The notes below the pieces were generated by a model that saw nothing but the letters and a program-made list of their open reading frames with translations, had not been told where the DNA came from and did not search any database. A stretch of 64,000 bases of DNA, taken from IMG/VR virus record IMGVR_UViG_3300021197_001442, positions 1-64,000 of that record; one strand, given 5' to 3'. Every line of letters begins with the position of its first letter. Within the stretch, counting starts at the first letter, position 1. The translations under genes and the position numbers were made by a program. Source of the DNA: a virus. Below, piece by piece: positions 1 to 8,491 of the stretch.

Positions 1-1160
1 TTTAAAAAATCAATAAATTGATATTCTATATATTCAAGTGCCTTCTCTAGATCACTAATATTTAGATATTCCATTGCATTCTCTTTTATCTTACCTATCA
101 CATCTGTGGAGTATCTGTTGTTTGTTTCATAATTTCTTAAATCAACATATAAATTAATTCTATAATCACTACCATAGTCTTTTTCTAATGTATATTTAGA
201 TATTCTTTGTTTTTTGATAATATATCTATAGATTTTGTTATTTTTTTGATCAATAGTGTTTTCTTTAAGTACATTTGGTCTCAAACCAACAAATCTATTA
301 TAAAACTTTCTCATATAATCCATGAAATAGCGATGATCTAGCATATACACATAATCGTAGTAATTTTCAAAGAAAGTATTTGAATCGACACTGTATAATG
401 ACATATATTTTTCCATTTCACCAGACCCAACATTGGCACACAATCTAGTTGGTATGTTGTAATCTATCATAAATCCGTGCCTAAGGGCATTATCCATTAA
501 AAATTCAAAGTTTGGCCTATCAATGACATTCTCCACCTTTAGTGTGTCATTACCGGGGTCTAGTTCTACTAAATCTACAAACAGCCCAGAACTCAAAGGA
601 GAGGACATCCTGCTCGATATAAAGCCAGTCAATGTAAGTGGTGTGATCTGGTCTTTAGAATAAATCTCATTAAGAAAGAAGTCTACGAACTCATTAAAGT
701 TTGTTATTTCATTCTGCTTGCGAACCATCTTTGGATGTACTTCATTTCTCAACGAGGACATGTGAAAATCGTAGTCTGTTAGCAGCCTCCTGTGTCCCTT
801 ATGAGGGTTCAATTCGGATAGAAAGTCATCATTTTTCTGTATCTTGCTGGAACTGAACGCTTTTTTATGCTCCTGTAGAAAGTCCCTCAGAGCATGTGAA
901 ACAAAGTCTACCAAGTATATAGCACTACCCTGCTCGCCGTCGATGGGGGTAAGCTTCTCAGGTTTTAGTAAAATGAACTTATGTGATTTGTCTATCCTAC
1001 CATAATACATGTTCTCTATAAACCAGAAATTTCTAAACAAACCAGGATACCTTGTACGATATTCTGATGGAATGCCTTCATTATTATATTTCCCTCTTTC
1101 ATTAAAAAGGGTTCTAGTGTTTTTAACTGAGTTCGCTCCTTTGAACCTTCTCGCGCTCAT
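1..1160 (-). CDS. Hypothetical protein (probably virion/baseplate), 3'-partial, runs off the window start
   Basis: ATG at 1160 overlaps the upstream stop (TAATG). Reads MSARRFKGANSVKNTRTLFNERG... and is still open at the window start (...IEYQFIDFL). Checked at both ends; absent from the ORF track because it has no stop. Confidence 0.75.
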   Translation of the reverse strand, partial: MSARRFKGANSVKNTRTLFNERGKYNNEGIPSEYRTRYPGLFRNFWFIENMYYGRIDKSHKFILLKPEKLTPIDGEQGSAIYLVDFVSHALRDFLQEHKKAFSSSKIQKNDDFLSELNPHKGHRRLLTDYDFHMSSLRNEVHPKMVRKQNEITNFNEFVDFFLNEIYSKDQITPLTLTGFISSRMSSPLSSGLFVDLVELDPGNDTLKVENVIDRPNFEFLMDNALRHGFMIDYNIPTRLCANVGSGEMEKYMSLYSVDSNTFFENYYDYVYMLDHRYFMDYMRKFYNRFVGLRPNVLKENTIDQKNNKIYRYIIKKQRISKYTLEKDYGSDYRINLYVDLRNYETNNRYSTDVIGKIKENAMEYLNISDLEKALEYIEYQFIDFL

Positions 1161-4132
1161 TATTCGCCCCCCTTTGTTTTAGAAGGCCGCTTTATCTGGC
1201 CACCTAGTGATGATGCAACCTTGTCTATTTGCCTCTCTAGGTCTGCACACTCTAACAATACAGTATCACCCACTCTAGCGTTGGCGGTCATTATGGAGCC
1301 AAGGCCATCGCCGCTCGTAGTGAAGAGGCAGTCAAGAGTAGTTGTATATCCGCTTGGTGTAATAGAGTGAGACACCTTCTTAACTATATGATAGCCGCCT
1401 AGGCCCATAATATTTGCATAAGTGTCTTTTGTGCCGGGCTCCCCAAGCAGATCGGAGCCTAATCCTCTTGGGTTGATATAAACCTGGCATCCTGGAAAAA
1501 ATAAGTTATTTCCATACATCTGAATCGTACTATTATACACATTAGAAAGCTGTAACTCGGGCTTAAAATCGCTCTGCTCGTATCTAGCTTCTCTTAGAAA
1601 TGGCTGGTTTGTTTTTGAGAATTGCATATTCTTCACCAAGCCTCTATCAAGCCCTGTGGCAGTATGAAAAATGCCATTTGATAGATCTCTTTCATACCTT
1701 GACCCAAACCCACTGGCTTCTCTATCAAAGGCAAGTCTTCTTGGCTCTTTCCCAAAAGCATAAACAACAAAGTATTCATAACTGCTATCGAGGCTCTTCT
1801 TATTAAACGAATCAAAAACAAATTTGGTAGCAGCTTGTGATTTGTTCTTTCTTCCAAACAACCCACCGCTATCCACAGTTGGAATGGGTAGGTTCTTGCC
1901 GTACTCGTCTAAATCCAGTTCTGTCCCTTGTCCTATCTTTTCGCCCACAGGGTCTCCTCCACCTGCTGTAGAATCTGCACTTATCTGTGCGCTGTCCAAT
2001 AGTAAAGAAATCTGTTGATCTCCGCTACCACACTCCGGGCCGAGTGCCTCAAACACAAGGTCGTACATGGCATCTCTCATAAATACCAAAAGAGGATACG
2101 TATTTTTCCTACCTTTAATAACTTTCTCTCTCATAAAATCTGTGAACAATTCAACTGATATTGGTATATCCGCTATGTTTAGAGACAGTATACTATCATT
2201 AACATTAATGTTTGGATTATCAAACGGCGCTGGCCCTAAGATAAATTTTATGTTTCCATAATTAATTTTTCTCAGATCTGCGCTAGAGTCTTCTATTTTG
2301 CTTAAAACATTATTAACAACTAAAGCGTATAGATCGCCTAAGTAAAAGAAATTGACTCTCCTTATGCCTGGCTCTAAAATGTTTGGCTTTGTCAAAAGTG
2401 TCTCGTCTTCACAGCTATAGTTTTGCACTGTGAAGTCGATCTCCTCTGACGATGGGAGTTCCCCAGCCAATACAGCATCTGCAAATGCAATCGCATTTGC
2501 AACTTCGTCTATTTCCGCTGTGTATACACAACCCTCAAGAGTTAACTGTTTAAGAATGGAAAGATAAGACTCCTCTCTTTCTTCCTCAATTGTTTGTTCA
2601 TATAAGGCTCGTAATTGCTTAATTGTATCATCTTCACATTTTACTTTTTGTAGAGCCATCTGAGATTTAGCAAGAGCTATCTCATTAATCTTATTCCTTC
2701 TTTCTTCTCTACGAGCTATCGTAGCCGTATCAAACATAACATCGGATCTCTTGTCCAATAACAGTGATTCGATTCTTGCCCTAAATTGCAACTTTAGTCT
2801 AACAGAGCCGTCATCCTGAAATTCAAACTCATGCTCGACAACAGTTAAAAACATTTCTACCTGATTGTCCTTAATTGCTGAACTAAGTGTATCGGATAGT
2901 ATGCCACCGCCACCTGTTGCTCCCCATCCTGCTCTAACTTTTATCTCGTAGAAGTTTGGGTTAAATTCTCTAAGTTTTTGGTTTTTTGCTTTTTCTGTTA
3001 TAAACCTATACTTTGGCTCCAGCAGAATCAAATCAATTATTCTATATCCCCCCTCAAGCGGTTTCCCCCTTTGGTCAGCACCCTGTCTAAACTTAAATAA
3101 TTCATTAAAGTTTTGAGCAAATATAGTTAGATTAGCAACGATATCTTTCTTAGCTGTAGCTGGTTGGACTCCCTGAAAATCAAAATTAAAGCTTTCTATA
3201 CCAACACCAACACCTCTCTGTAAAGAGCTATCTAACATTGACTGTAGATCTTTTACTGGGTCTACATAAGACGAAAACTCGAACTCTACTTCTCTAGGAG
3301 TCTTCTTGGGGCCTTCATAATATTGTTTGTATATTCTAATCGAAGGAGTCAATTGAGATAACTCATAGTGCCTTATATTTAAGAAATCTGTGCATCCCTT
3401 TGTTAACCTAAGTCGGTTCATTATAGTAGCTGGGTCGTTTGTCGCCAGCTTGTGTATATTTTTATATTTTATTTTAGCTCTGTCACTAAGCGGCTCGCTT
3501 GTCTCCTGATGGAATGTGACACCAGTTGGAGGCTTACTTTTTTCAAAAACTTCTTTGATGTTGGTAATTAAAAAGCATTGGTCGTCAAAGGTTGGCAGGT
3601 CCTCTTGTTGTTCTTCCTCTTCCTCCTCTTCCTGTTCTTGGGCTAACTTATCATCTTTTAATTTTTCTAGTATCTTTTCGTTAAGAACACATGATGGCGT
3701 ACTAACCCCGTTGCAGTTTTCAGAAGGCCTTTCAGCGTCTGTTTCGCATGGCTCAAGACCCTTCTCTTTTAACAGTTGATTGAAAGCTGTTTGTGTCTCA
3801 CACCTCCAGACTCCGTCAACGCCATACCCAGGTAAAACACTACTTGGCTGGTCGGTCCTGCCCTCCTCATCCAGTTCTGATATTAGTAGTTTTTGTAAGT
3901 CAGCTACCCTCTGGTCGCCAGAACCTTCTCCTATGGGATTCGTGCTCATGCCATACCCACTATCTGAGTCGGCAATTGGGTCGGAAGTAAGGTCCCCTGT
4001 CTCAAAGCCAAACGGCTCAGAAACATCTATATTATATAAGCTAAGATCAACACCCTCTGGTATATCAGTGGTGTCTGGTCTATCAGGTGGATTTTCAGCC
4101 GTTGTCCTTGGATCAGTGCCCTCTCCAGACAT
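1160..4132 (-). CDS. Putative baseplate hub protein (gp27/P2 gpD-like C-terminus) with N-terminal peptidoglycan-binding-like segment
   Basis: C-terminal GNNLFFPG...GGYHIVKKVSHSITPSGYTTTLDC resembles hub proteins. N-terminal VADLQKLL...YGVDGVWRCETQTAF resembles PG_binding_1. Follows tape measure, tube initiator and LysM genes. Confidence 0.6.
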   Translation of the reverse strand: MSGEGTDPRTTAENPPDRPDTTDIPEGVDLSLYNIDVSEPFGFETGDLTSDPIADSDSGYGMSTNPIGEGSGDQRVADLQKLLISELDEEGRTDQPSSVLPGYGVDGVWRCETQTAFNQLLKEKGLEPCETDAERPSENCNGVSTPSCVLNEKILEKLKDDKLAQEQEEEEEEEQQEDLPTFDDQCFLITNIKEVFEKSKPPTGVTFHQETSEPLSDRAKIKYKNIHKLATNDPATIMNRLRLTKGCTDFLNIRHYELSQLTPSIRIYKQYYEGPKKTPREVEFEFSSYVDPVKDLQSMLDSSLQRGVGVGIESFNFDFQGVQPATAKKDIVANLTIFAQNFNELFKFRQGADQRGKPLEGGYRIIDLILLEPKYRFITEKAKNQKLREFNPNFYEIKVRAGWGATGGGGILSDTLSSAIKDNQVEMFLTVVEHEFEFQDDGSVRLKLQFRARIESLLLDKRSDVMFDTATIARREERRNKINEIALAKSQMALQKVKCEDDTIKQLRALYEQTIEEEREESYLSILKQLTLEGCVYTAEIDEVANAIAFADAVLAGELPSSEEIDFTVQNYSCEDETLLTKPNILEPGIRRVNFFYLGDLYALVVNNVLSKIEDSSADLRKINYGNIKFILGPAPFDNPNINVNDSILSLNIADIPISVELFTDFMREKVIKGRKNTYPLLVFMRDAMYDLVFEALGPECGSGDQQISLLLDSAQISADSTAGGGDPVGEKIGQGTELDLDEYGKNLPIPTVDSGGLFGRKNKSQAATKFVFDSFNKKSLDSSYEYFVVYAFGKEPRRLAFDREASGFGSRYERDLSNGIFHTATGLDRGLVKNMQFSKTNQPFLREARYEQSDFKPELQLSNVYNSTIQMYGNNLFFPGCQVYINPRGLGSDLLGEPGTKDTYANIMGLGGYHIVKKVSHSITPSGYTTTLDCLFTTSGDGLGSIMTANARVGDTVLLECADLERQIDKVASSLGGQIKRPSKTKGGE

Positions 4133-4133
4133 G

Positions 4134-4469
4134 TTAAACTCCTAAATAACTTAGCACTTTATCAATTGGGTGCGGAATATAAATGACATCTCCATAACTC
4201 ACATCAGCCTCAGTTGGCTTTTTGTTGAACCATGCTATGACCCACCACAAGCTTGAATTGCCGTAGTGGTCAAAAGCTAACTTATAGTAACGGTCACCAG
4301 TTGTCCAGACATGATTGATAATTCTGAGAGATGAAATTTGTTGTTTTGTCATGTGTCGTAACACAGGGGTAGAATATTGCTCAACCCCGTTGACATCCCT
4401 TTCATCAAAGGTATTTTCGTAAAACGAATCGGAGTTAAAAAATATTTCTCTACCAAAATATCTAGACAT
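4134..4469 (-). CDS. LysM-like baseplate protein (T4 gp53 / P2 gpX-like)
   Basis: HVWTTGDRYYKLAFDHYGNSSLWWVIAWFN...GDVIYIP motif; canonical position in the tail module. Confidence 0.75.
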   Translation of the reverse strand: MSRYFGREIFFNSDSFYENTFDERDVNGVEQYSTPVLRHMTKQQISSLRIINHVWTTGDRYYKLAFDHYGNSSLWWVIAWFNKKPTEADVSYGDVIYIPHPIDKVLSYLGV

Positions 4470-5263
4470 TAGTCATCTCCTCCCAATAATTCAATCACAG
4501 CAGCTTCTTGAATCATATCACCGGTATCAAAGTTACCTATAAAAGCTGAAGAGCCTTTCTGAGCACCAGCGGACCAAGGGAAAAGAGATGCATCTGCACC
4601 CCAGTTGGGTGCAGCAGCCTCTGCGAAATCTTGTCTGCGATCATTAACTTTTTGTACATCTCGCGTTCTCGCCTTACCATTGCCCCTAGTTGCAGAAAGT
4701 TGTACCGCTTCTGACTTCTCCCACCCAAGCGTATGCTGGTGTAGAACACTATAACCGATACTTAGAGTTATGACTTTAGGATATAGCTTATTTACTGGGT
4801 CAAAGAAGCCCTCTCTTACGTTTGGGTTCCATTGTAAACTATTAATAACCCCAAGCAGTCCACAAGTTCTTACGTCCCCAGAGGGGCCACGGGAGGCATC
4901 AAAGATTAAGTTTGCAAATTTAATCTTTATAAGAGGGCCTTTTGAGATCGTAGAAGCGCTGTCAACCTTTGAATATTCAGGATATAACATTCTCGTCAAA
5001 GTTGAAGTCTTAGACAGGTTATTTATAGCATCATCTATGCTAAAGGCTGGAACTCTCCAGGCAAGACTTAGGTTTCTCTGTGTCCCCTGGTATGTTTGTA
5101 TCGGGTCTGGCCTGCCAAACACTGGCTGAGGGTTCCAGTTGCATTGGAACGATTCTGTGTAGGTGTCCAGGAATGCCTTGAAAGAAACAGTAGCCCCTGA
5201 AAAAGTTTGATAAAATTCTAAAACTTGTCCTTTTGATTCTAGTGTGTCTGTTGGATCATACAT
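4469..5263 (-). CDS. Putative tail tube initiator (gp48/gp54 / P2 gpU-like)
   Basis: FKAFLDTYTESFQCNWNPQPVFGRPDPIQTYQGTQRNLSLAW tube-like signature; directly after the tape measure. Confidence 0.6.
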   Translation of the reverse strand: MYDPTDTLESKGQVLEFYQTFSGATVSFKAFLDTYTESFQCNWNPQPVFGRPDPIQTYQGTQRNLSLAWRVPAFSIDDAINNLSKTSTLTRMLYPEYSKVDSASTISKGPLIKIKFANLIFDASRGPSGDVRTCGLLGVINSLQWNPNVREGFFDPVNKLYPKVITLSIGYSVLHQHTLGWEKSEAVQLSATRGNGKARTRDVQKVNDRRQDFAEAAAPNWGADASLFPWSAGAQKGSSAFIGNFDTGDMIQEAAVIELLGGDD

Positions 5264-5274
5264 TCCTATACTCC

Positions 5275-5332
5275 TATTGGTCTAAGGTGCCAATGATTTT
5301 TAATATTGGTCTAAGGTGCCAATGATTTTTAA
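5275..5332. repeat. Perfect 29-bp tandem duplication at the 3' end of the tape measure gene
   Basis: tattggtctaaggtgccaatgatttttaa at 5275-5303 and again at 5304-5332. Confidence 0.95.
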
Positions 5333-6784
5333 TTGCCTCTGGTCTATCAATTTGCCGTCTAATAAAAGATTAATGTTTACAGTTTCTCTTGGAGCTTGTT
5401 GACCAGCGCCAGCAAATATTTCAGATGCAGATGTTGCTATACCCTCGGTAGTGCCTGCTAGCTGCTCCATAAGGGGCCCTAGCTGCTCTGCTATTTCACT
5501 TCGCACAGCTCTAAAGCTTTCTAACATTTTGACCCCAGCGGCCTGGTTTACTTTGTCCATCTTCTGGGCGAACCCATCTAGAGCGACCGTAGATTCTGTA
5601 ATCGTGCTAACCATTTGCTCAGGCGTTAATGTGGTCATTAACTTACCCTCTAAATCTCCCAAATCCTTTCCTGTGGCCCCTGTGGCTTCAGATAAGAGGT
5701 CAAACTCGCCTCTTACTGTAGCAACAAATTGAGTTGCATCCTTACCAAACAAGCCCGTCCCCATGAAGGCTTGCATCTGCCTACGACTCATATCATCAAC
5801 ACTTACACCAGCGTCTTGGAACGCTTGCGATAGCATTTGCATTCTCTCAACGGGAGTCTCGGCCATAGTAAGTTCTACCGAGTTCAAGAAGGGACCGCCC
5901 AACAAAGCATTTAGTTGGCCAACAGATTCAGCTGAACCTTCAAATGTATCTGTTAAATCAAAAACGCTCTGGAAAGTTGACATCTCAACTCCGGTTGCCT
6001 TAGCGGCAGCAGCCGTTTGTTTAAACACTTGCTCTGCTCTACTACCAAACATGGCCAAGGTGGGCATCGCATTATTAAAGTCGGTGAATATAGCATCAGC
6101 CGAGACTCCTATCTCCTCCGAAAACGCCTCAAGTCCCAAAACACTCTTGCCTAACTCTTTATCAGACAGATTAAGGCCAGTTCTTAGAAGCTGGAAACTT
6201 TTTGCTGTTGTTCCTGTTGAAACATCTGCAACTGCTTCTAGCGCTACCGCTACATCAACTAGTGCTTGTTCGGCTGGTGTCACGCCACCAATAGTAAAGT
6301 CAGTGAAGGTATTGAACAAGCCTTGGGTGGCTGCTGCTGTTTTGGCCCCCGTTGTGTCAAACAAAAGGTTTCGGGCTATTGCGTCCTGTAGAGCTAAGTT
6401 ATACTTGCCTGCGGCACCAGTAGTTTTGTTAAAGTCTGCTGTTAGCTGCTGTTGATTTTGAAATAATCTTACAGTTGGGCCAGCCGCTAACTCAAGTCCT
6501 TGTCCTACTAATCCTAATTTTTGAGCAAGGGCTTTCAAGTTTGTTTCTGTGATAAGCGCCTGAGATCCTAATATCGAAAGAGATTCAACTGCATCGCTAA
6601 CCATCCCAAGCTCTTCTCGCAACATTGTGAGGCGAGTCCCAAGGTCTTCAGAACCCATTAATATATTTTTTATTTCTTCAGAAAACCCGCCCAAGGCTTC
6701 AGCAGACGATCTAGCGGCTGATTCAAACTTGCCGTCACCAAACATTTCAGCGAGTTGCTTCTTGATTTCTTGCTCAACTGACAT
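5300..6784 (-). CDS. Tape measure protein (short, 494 aa)
   Basis: Ala/Gly/Leu-rich, helical-looking sequence between the tail chaperone and tube-initiator genes. Confidence 0.7.
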   Translation of the reverse strand: MSVEQEIKKQLAEMFGDGKFESAARSSAEALGGFSEEIKNILMGSEDLGTRLTMLREELGMVSDAVESLSILGSQALITETNLKALAQKLGLVGQGLELAAGPTVRLFQNQQQLTADFNKTTGAAGKYNLALQDAIARNLLFDTTGAKTAAATQGLFNTFTDFTIGGVTPAEQALVDVAVALEAVADVSTGTTAKSFQLLRTGLNLSDKELGKSVLGLEAFSEEIGVSADAIFTDFNNAMPTLAMFGSRAEQVFKQTAAAAKATGVEMSTFQSVFDLTDTFEGSAESVGQLNALLGGPFLNSVELTMAETPVERMQMLSQAFQDAGVSVDDMSRRQMQAFMGTGLFGKDATQFVATVRGEFDLLSEATGATGKDLGDLEGKLMTTLTPEQMVSTITESTVALDGFAQKMDKVNQAAGVKMLESFRAVRSEIAEQLGPLMEQLAGTTEGIATSASEIFAGAGQQAPRETVNINLLLDGKLIDQRQLKIIGTLDQY

Positions 6785-6801
6785 AAGCTAGCCCTCTTCT
6801 A

Positions 6802-6809
6802 TAAGTAGT
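6802..6809 (-). promoter_or_regulatory. ACTAHTTA candidate late promoter (tape measure)
   Basis: ACTACTTA about 18 nt upstream of the ATG at 6784. Confidence 0.6.
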
Positions 6810-6824
6810 TAGGACATTTATATT

Positions 6825-6989
6825 TTAGTCTCGGCCTAGCTCTTGTTCTTTTTGCTTAATTAGGCGCTTTACAAACCACTTACGAATAGCTACGGGTAGG
6901 TTATATGCTTCCATAAATGACCAGTTCCCGTAGTATGATAGAAAAAAGAATTGTTCGTAGACCGACTCAAGGTAGTCGTCAGGAAGGCC
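6825..6989 (-). CDS. Frameshift extension of the tail assembly chaperone (gpGT/gp51-like), 54 aa
   Basis: Open +1/-2 frame starting right after the T7 run: GLPDDYLESVYEQFFFLSYYGNWSFMEAYNLPVAIRKWFVKRLIKQKEQELGRD*. No start codon of its own before codon 26. Confidence 0.75.
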   Translation of the reverse strand, partial: GLPDDYLESVYEQFFFLSYYGNWSFMEAYNLPVAIRKWFVKRLIKQKEQELGRD

Positions 6990-7806
6990 AAAAAAAGTCT
7001 AATCCTAGTGGCACCTCCCGGACCACTACGTGTTTACATTTGGGACACTCAATCTCTTGGTCCATAAGAAGTGAAGGACTAACATCATCGTAAGCTTTCT
7101 TGATCGCTCTAGAGTCCTTCGCTGGCATGTTCATAATAAAATTATCTAACTCTGACCTTATACTAACACCATTAATAGATACAACAGCCGTCTTTAATAG
7201 ATCAGTTCTGTTTGATTCAGGTAAATTGTTCTTTAAGTTAGCCTGGCGATTGTTATCTAAGAACTTCTGTTCTTTCGCATTTAGAATCTTTAGTTCCGCT
7301 GTAAACTTAGTGACTGGCAACGAGATAGTAAAAGTACCGGCTGGCGTTAAGTTTACATCTGTTGGGACCTCCTTGATGGGCAGGTTAACGAGATTAATAA
7401 TATGTTCATGCCTATGAGAGCATGAAGGGCATACAACATTTGTAACATACTCCGGGCCATACCCTGTGGCTCTCGAAGCAATGAGTATAGCGTTCTTATC
7501 ACCAGGGTATAAAGTATTAACGTCTATAGTCTTGTCTACCAACACACTTTGTATAAGTCTGTCTAATACAACTCCACGAGTTATGAGAGCCTGGGAGGTA
7601 AGTATATCTTCCTCCTTGGCCGACATATAGTTTATTTCTACCTCAGTAACAAGATGTAGTGGATGACCCTCGGGGTAAAACTTTCCCTCTGTAGGTAACT
7701 GAACAAATTCAGTTGGTCTTGTAAAATTTAAAGCTCCGCTAAACTGCTGATGAGCAGGCGGCGCGGAGGAAGCCGCCGTTCTGCTCTTATTACTTCTTCT
7801 AGCCAA
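6979..7806 (-). CDS. Tail assembly chaperone / baseplate hub assembly protein (T4 gp26-like)
   Basis: LPTEGKFYP...MSAKEEDILTS...GDKNAILIASRATGYG; two CxxC pairs; ends DFFWPS; lies between tube and tape measure. TTG start with GAGGTG SD. Confidence 0.75.
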   Translation of the reverse strand: MARRSNKSRTAASSAPPAHQQFSGALNFTRPTEFVQLPTEGKFYPEGHPLHLVTEVEINYMSAKEEDILTSQALITRGVVLDRLIQSVLVDKTIDVNTLYPGDKNAILIASRATGYGPEYVTNVVCPSCSHRHEHIINLVNLPIKEVPTDVNLTPAGTFTISLPVTKFTAELKILNAKEQKFLDNNRQANLKNNLPESNRTDLLKTAVVSINGVSIRSELDNFIMNMPAKDSRAIKKAYDDVSPSLLMDQEIECPKCKHVVVREVPLGLDFFWPS

Positions 7807-7823
7807 ATAACACCTCTAGTTAA

Positions 7824-8441
7824 TTAATAGCTCTGTCCAGGTCCCCAGTACTTGCCAAGGCCAGGAGCGGGATCTTCCGTACCAGGGCCGGGATCTGCCT
7901 TGTTTGTAGCACCACCAGGCAGGAACGTCTCGATTGAAGCCCAGTCATAACGGAACTTAGCCGTCACAGTCGTAAGGCCCTCTTCGCCATACTTGAGAGT
8001 CCCGCCATAATCGATGCTCGTGATAAATGCGTTAGTAAGAGTCCAGCGCTCGATAACAGCACCCTCTGAGTCGATCTGTTCAATTATAACAGCCTGGACA
8101 GCATCAACTGCCTCTCTCTTAGAGATGGTGGTTGTACTATTAACATCTGTTGGCGGAACATACCCAGAGTCGAAAAGGATTCTGGATAAGTTGATTGATG
8201 CATCCGGGCTAACCGGGTCAACCATTTCAATGGTAATCTCATTCCATGTAACATTGCCGGGGTAGTAAAAAGTATGATTTAAAAACTTGTGATCCGTGGT
8301 GTTGACAGTTACGGCTGGCTTAGTAGCAGACTTGCAATACCAACGGGCTCCGTCAGGCATGGAACCAATTGTTACAAGGAATCTAAAAGTTCTTTTTGGT
8401 GAAACCTGCGATGAGGTCCAGAAACCTGCGGAATTTGGCAT
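7824..8441 (-). CDS. Tail tube protein (gp19-like)
   Basis: PKRTFRF...YYPGNVTWNEITIEMVDP...IERWTLTNAFITSIDYG...FRYDWA; follows the sheath gene. Confidence 0.9.
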   Translation of the reverse strand: MPNSAGFWTSSQVSPKRTFRFLVTIGSMPDGARWYCKSATKPAVTVNTTDHKFLNHTFYYPGNVTWNEITIEMVDPVSPDASINLSRILFDSGYVPPTDVNSTTTISKREAVDAVQAVIIEQIDSEGAVIERWTLTNAFITSIDYGGTLKYGEEGLTTVTAKFRYDWASIETFLPGGATNKADPGPGTEDPAPGLGKYWGPGQSY

Positions 8442-8471
8442 TTTAAATCATTCTCCTTTTACTTCTGTTAG

Positions 8472-8479
8472 TAAATAGT
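8472..8479 (-). promoter_or_regulatory. ACTAHTTA candidate late promoter (tail tube)
   Basis: ACTATTTA about 31 nt upstream of the ATG, with AAGGAG SD between. Confidence 0.65.
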
Positions 8480-8491
8480 GCGGAATTGTTT

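Noticed and set aside
5275-5332. 29-bp repeat as a mini CRISPR array
   Set aside because: The copies are adjacent with no spacer, and no cas genes are present
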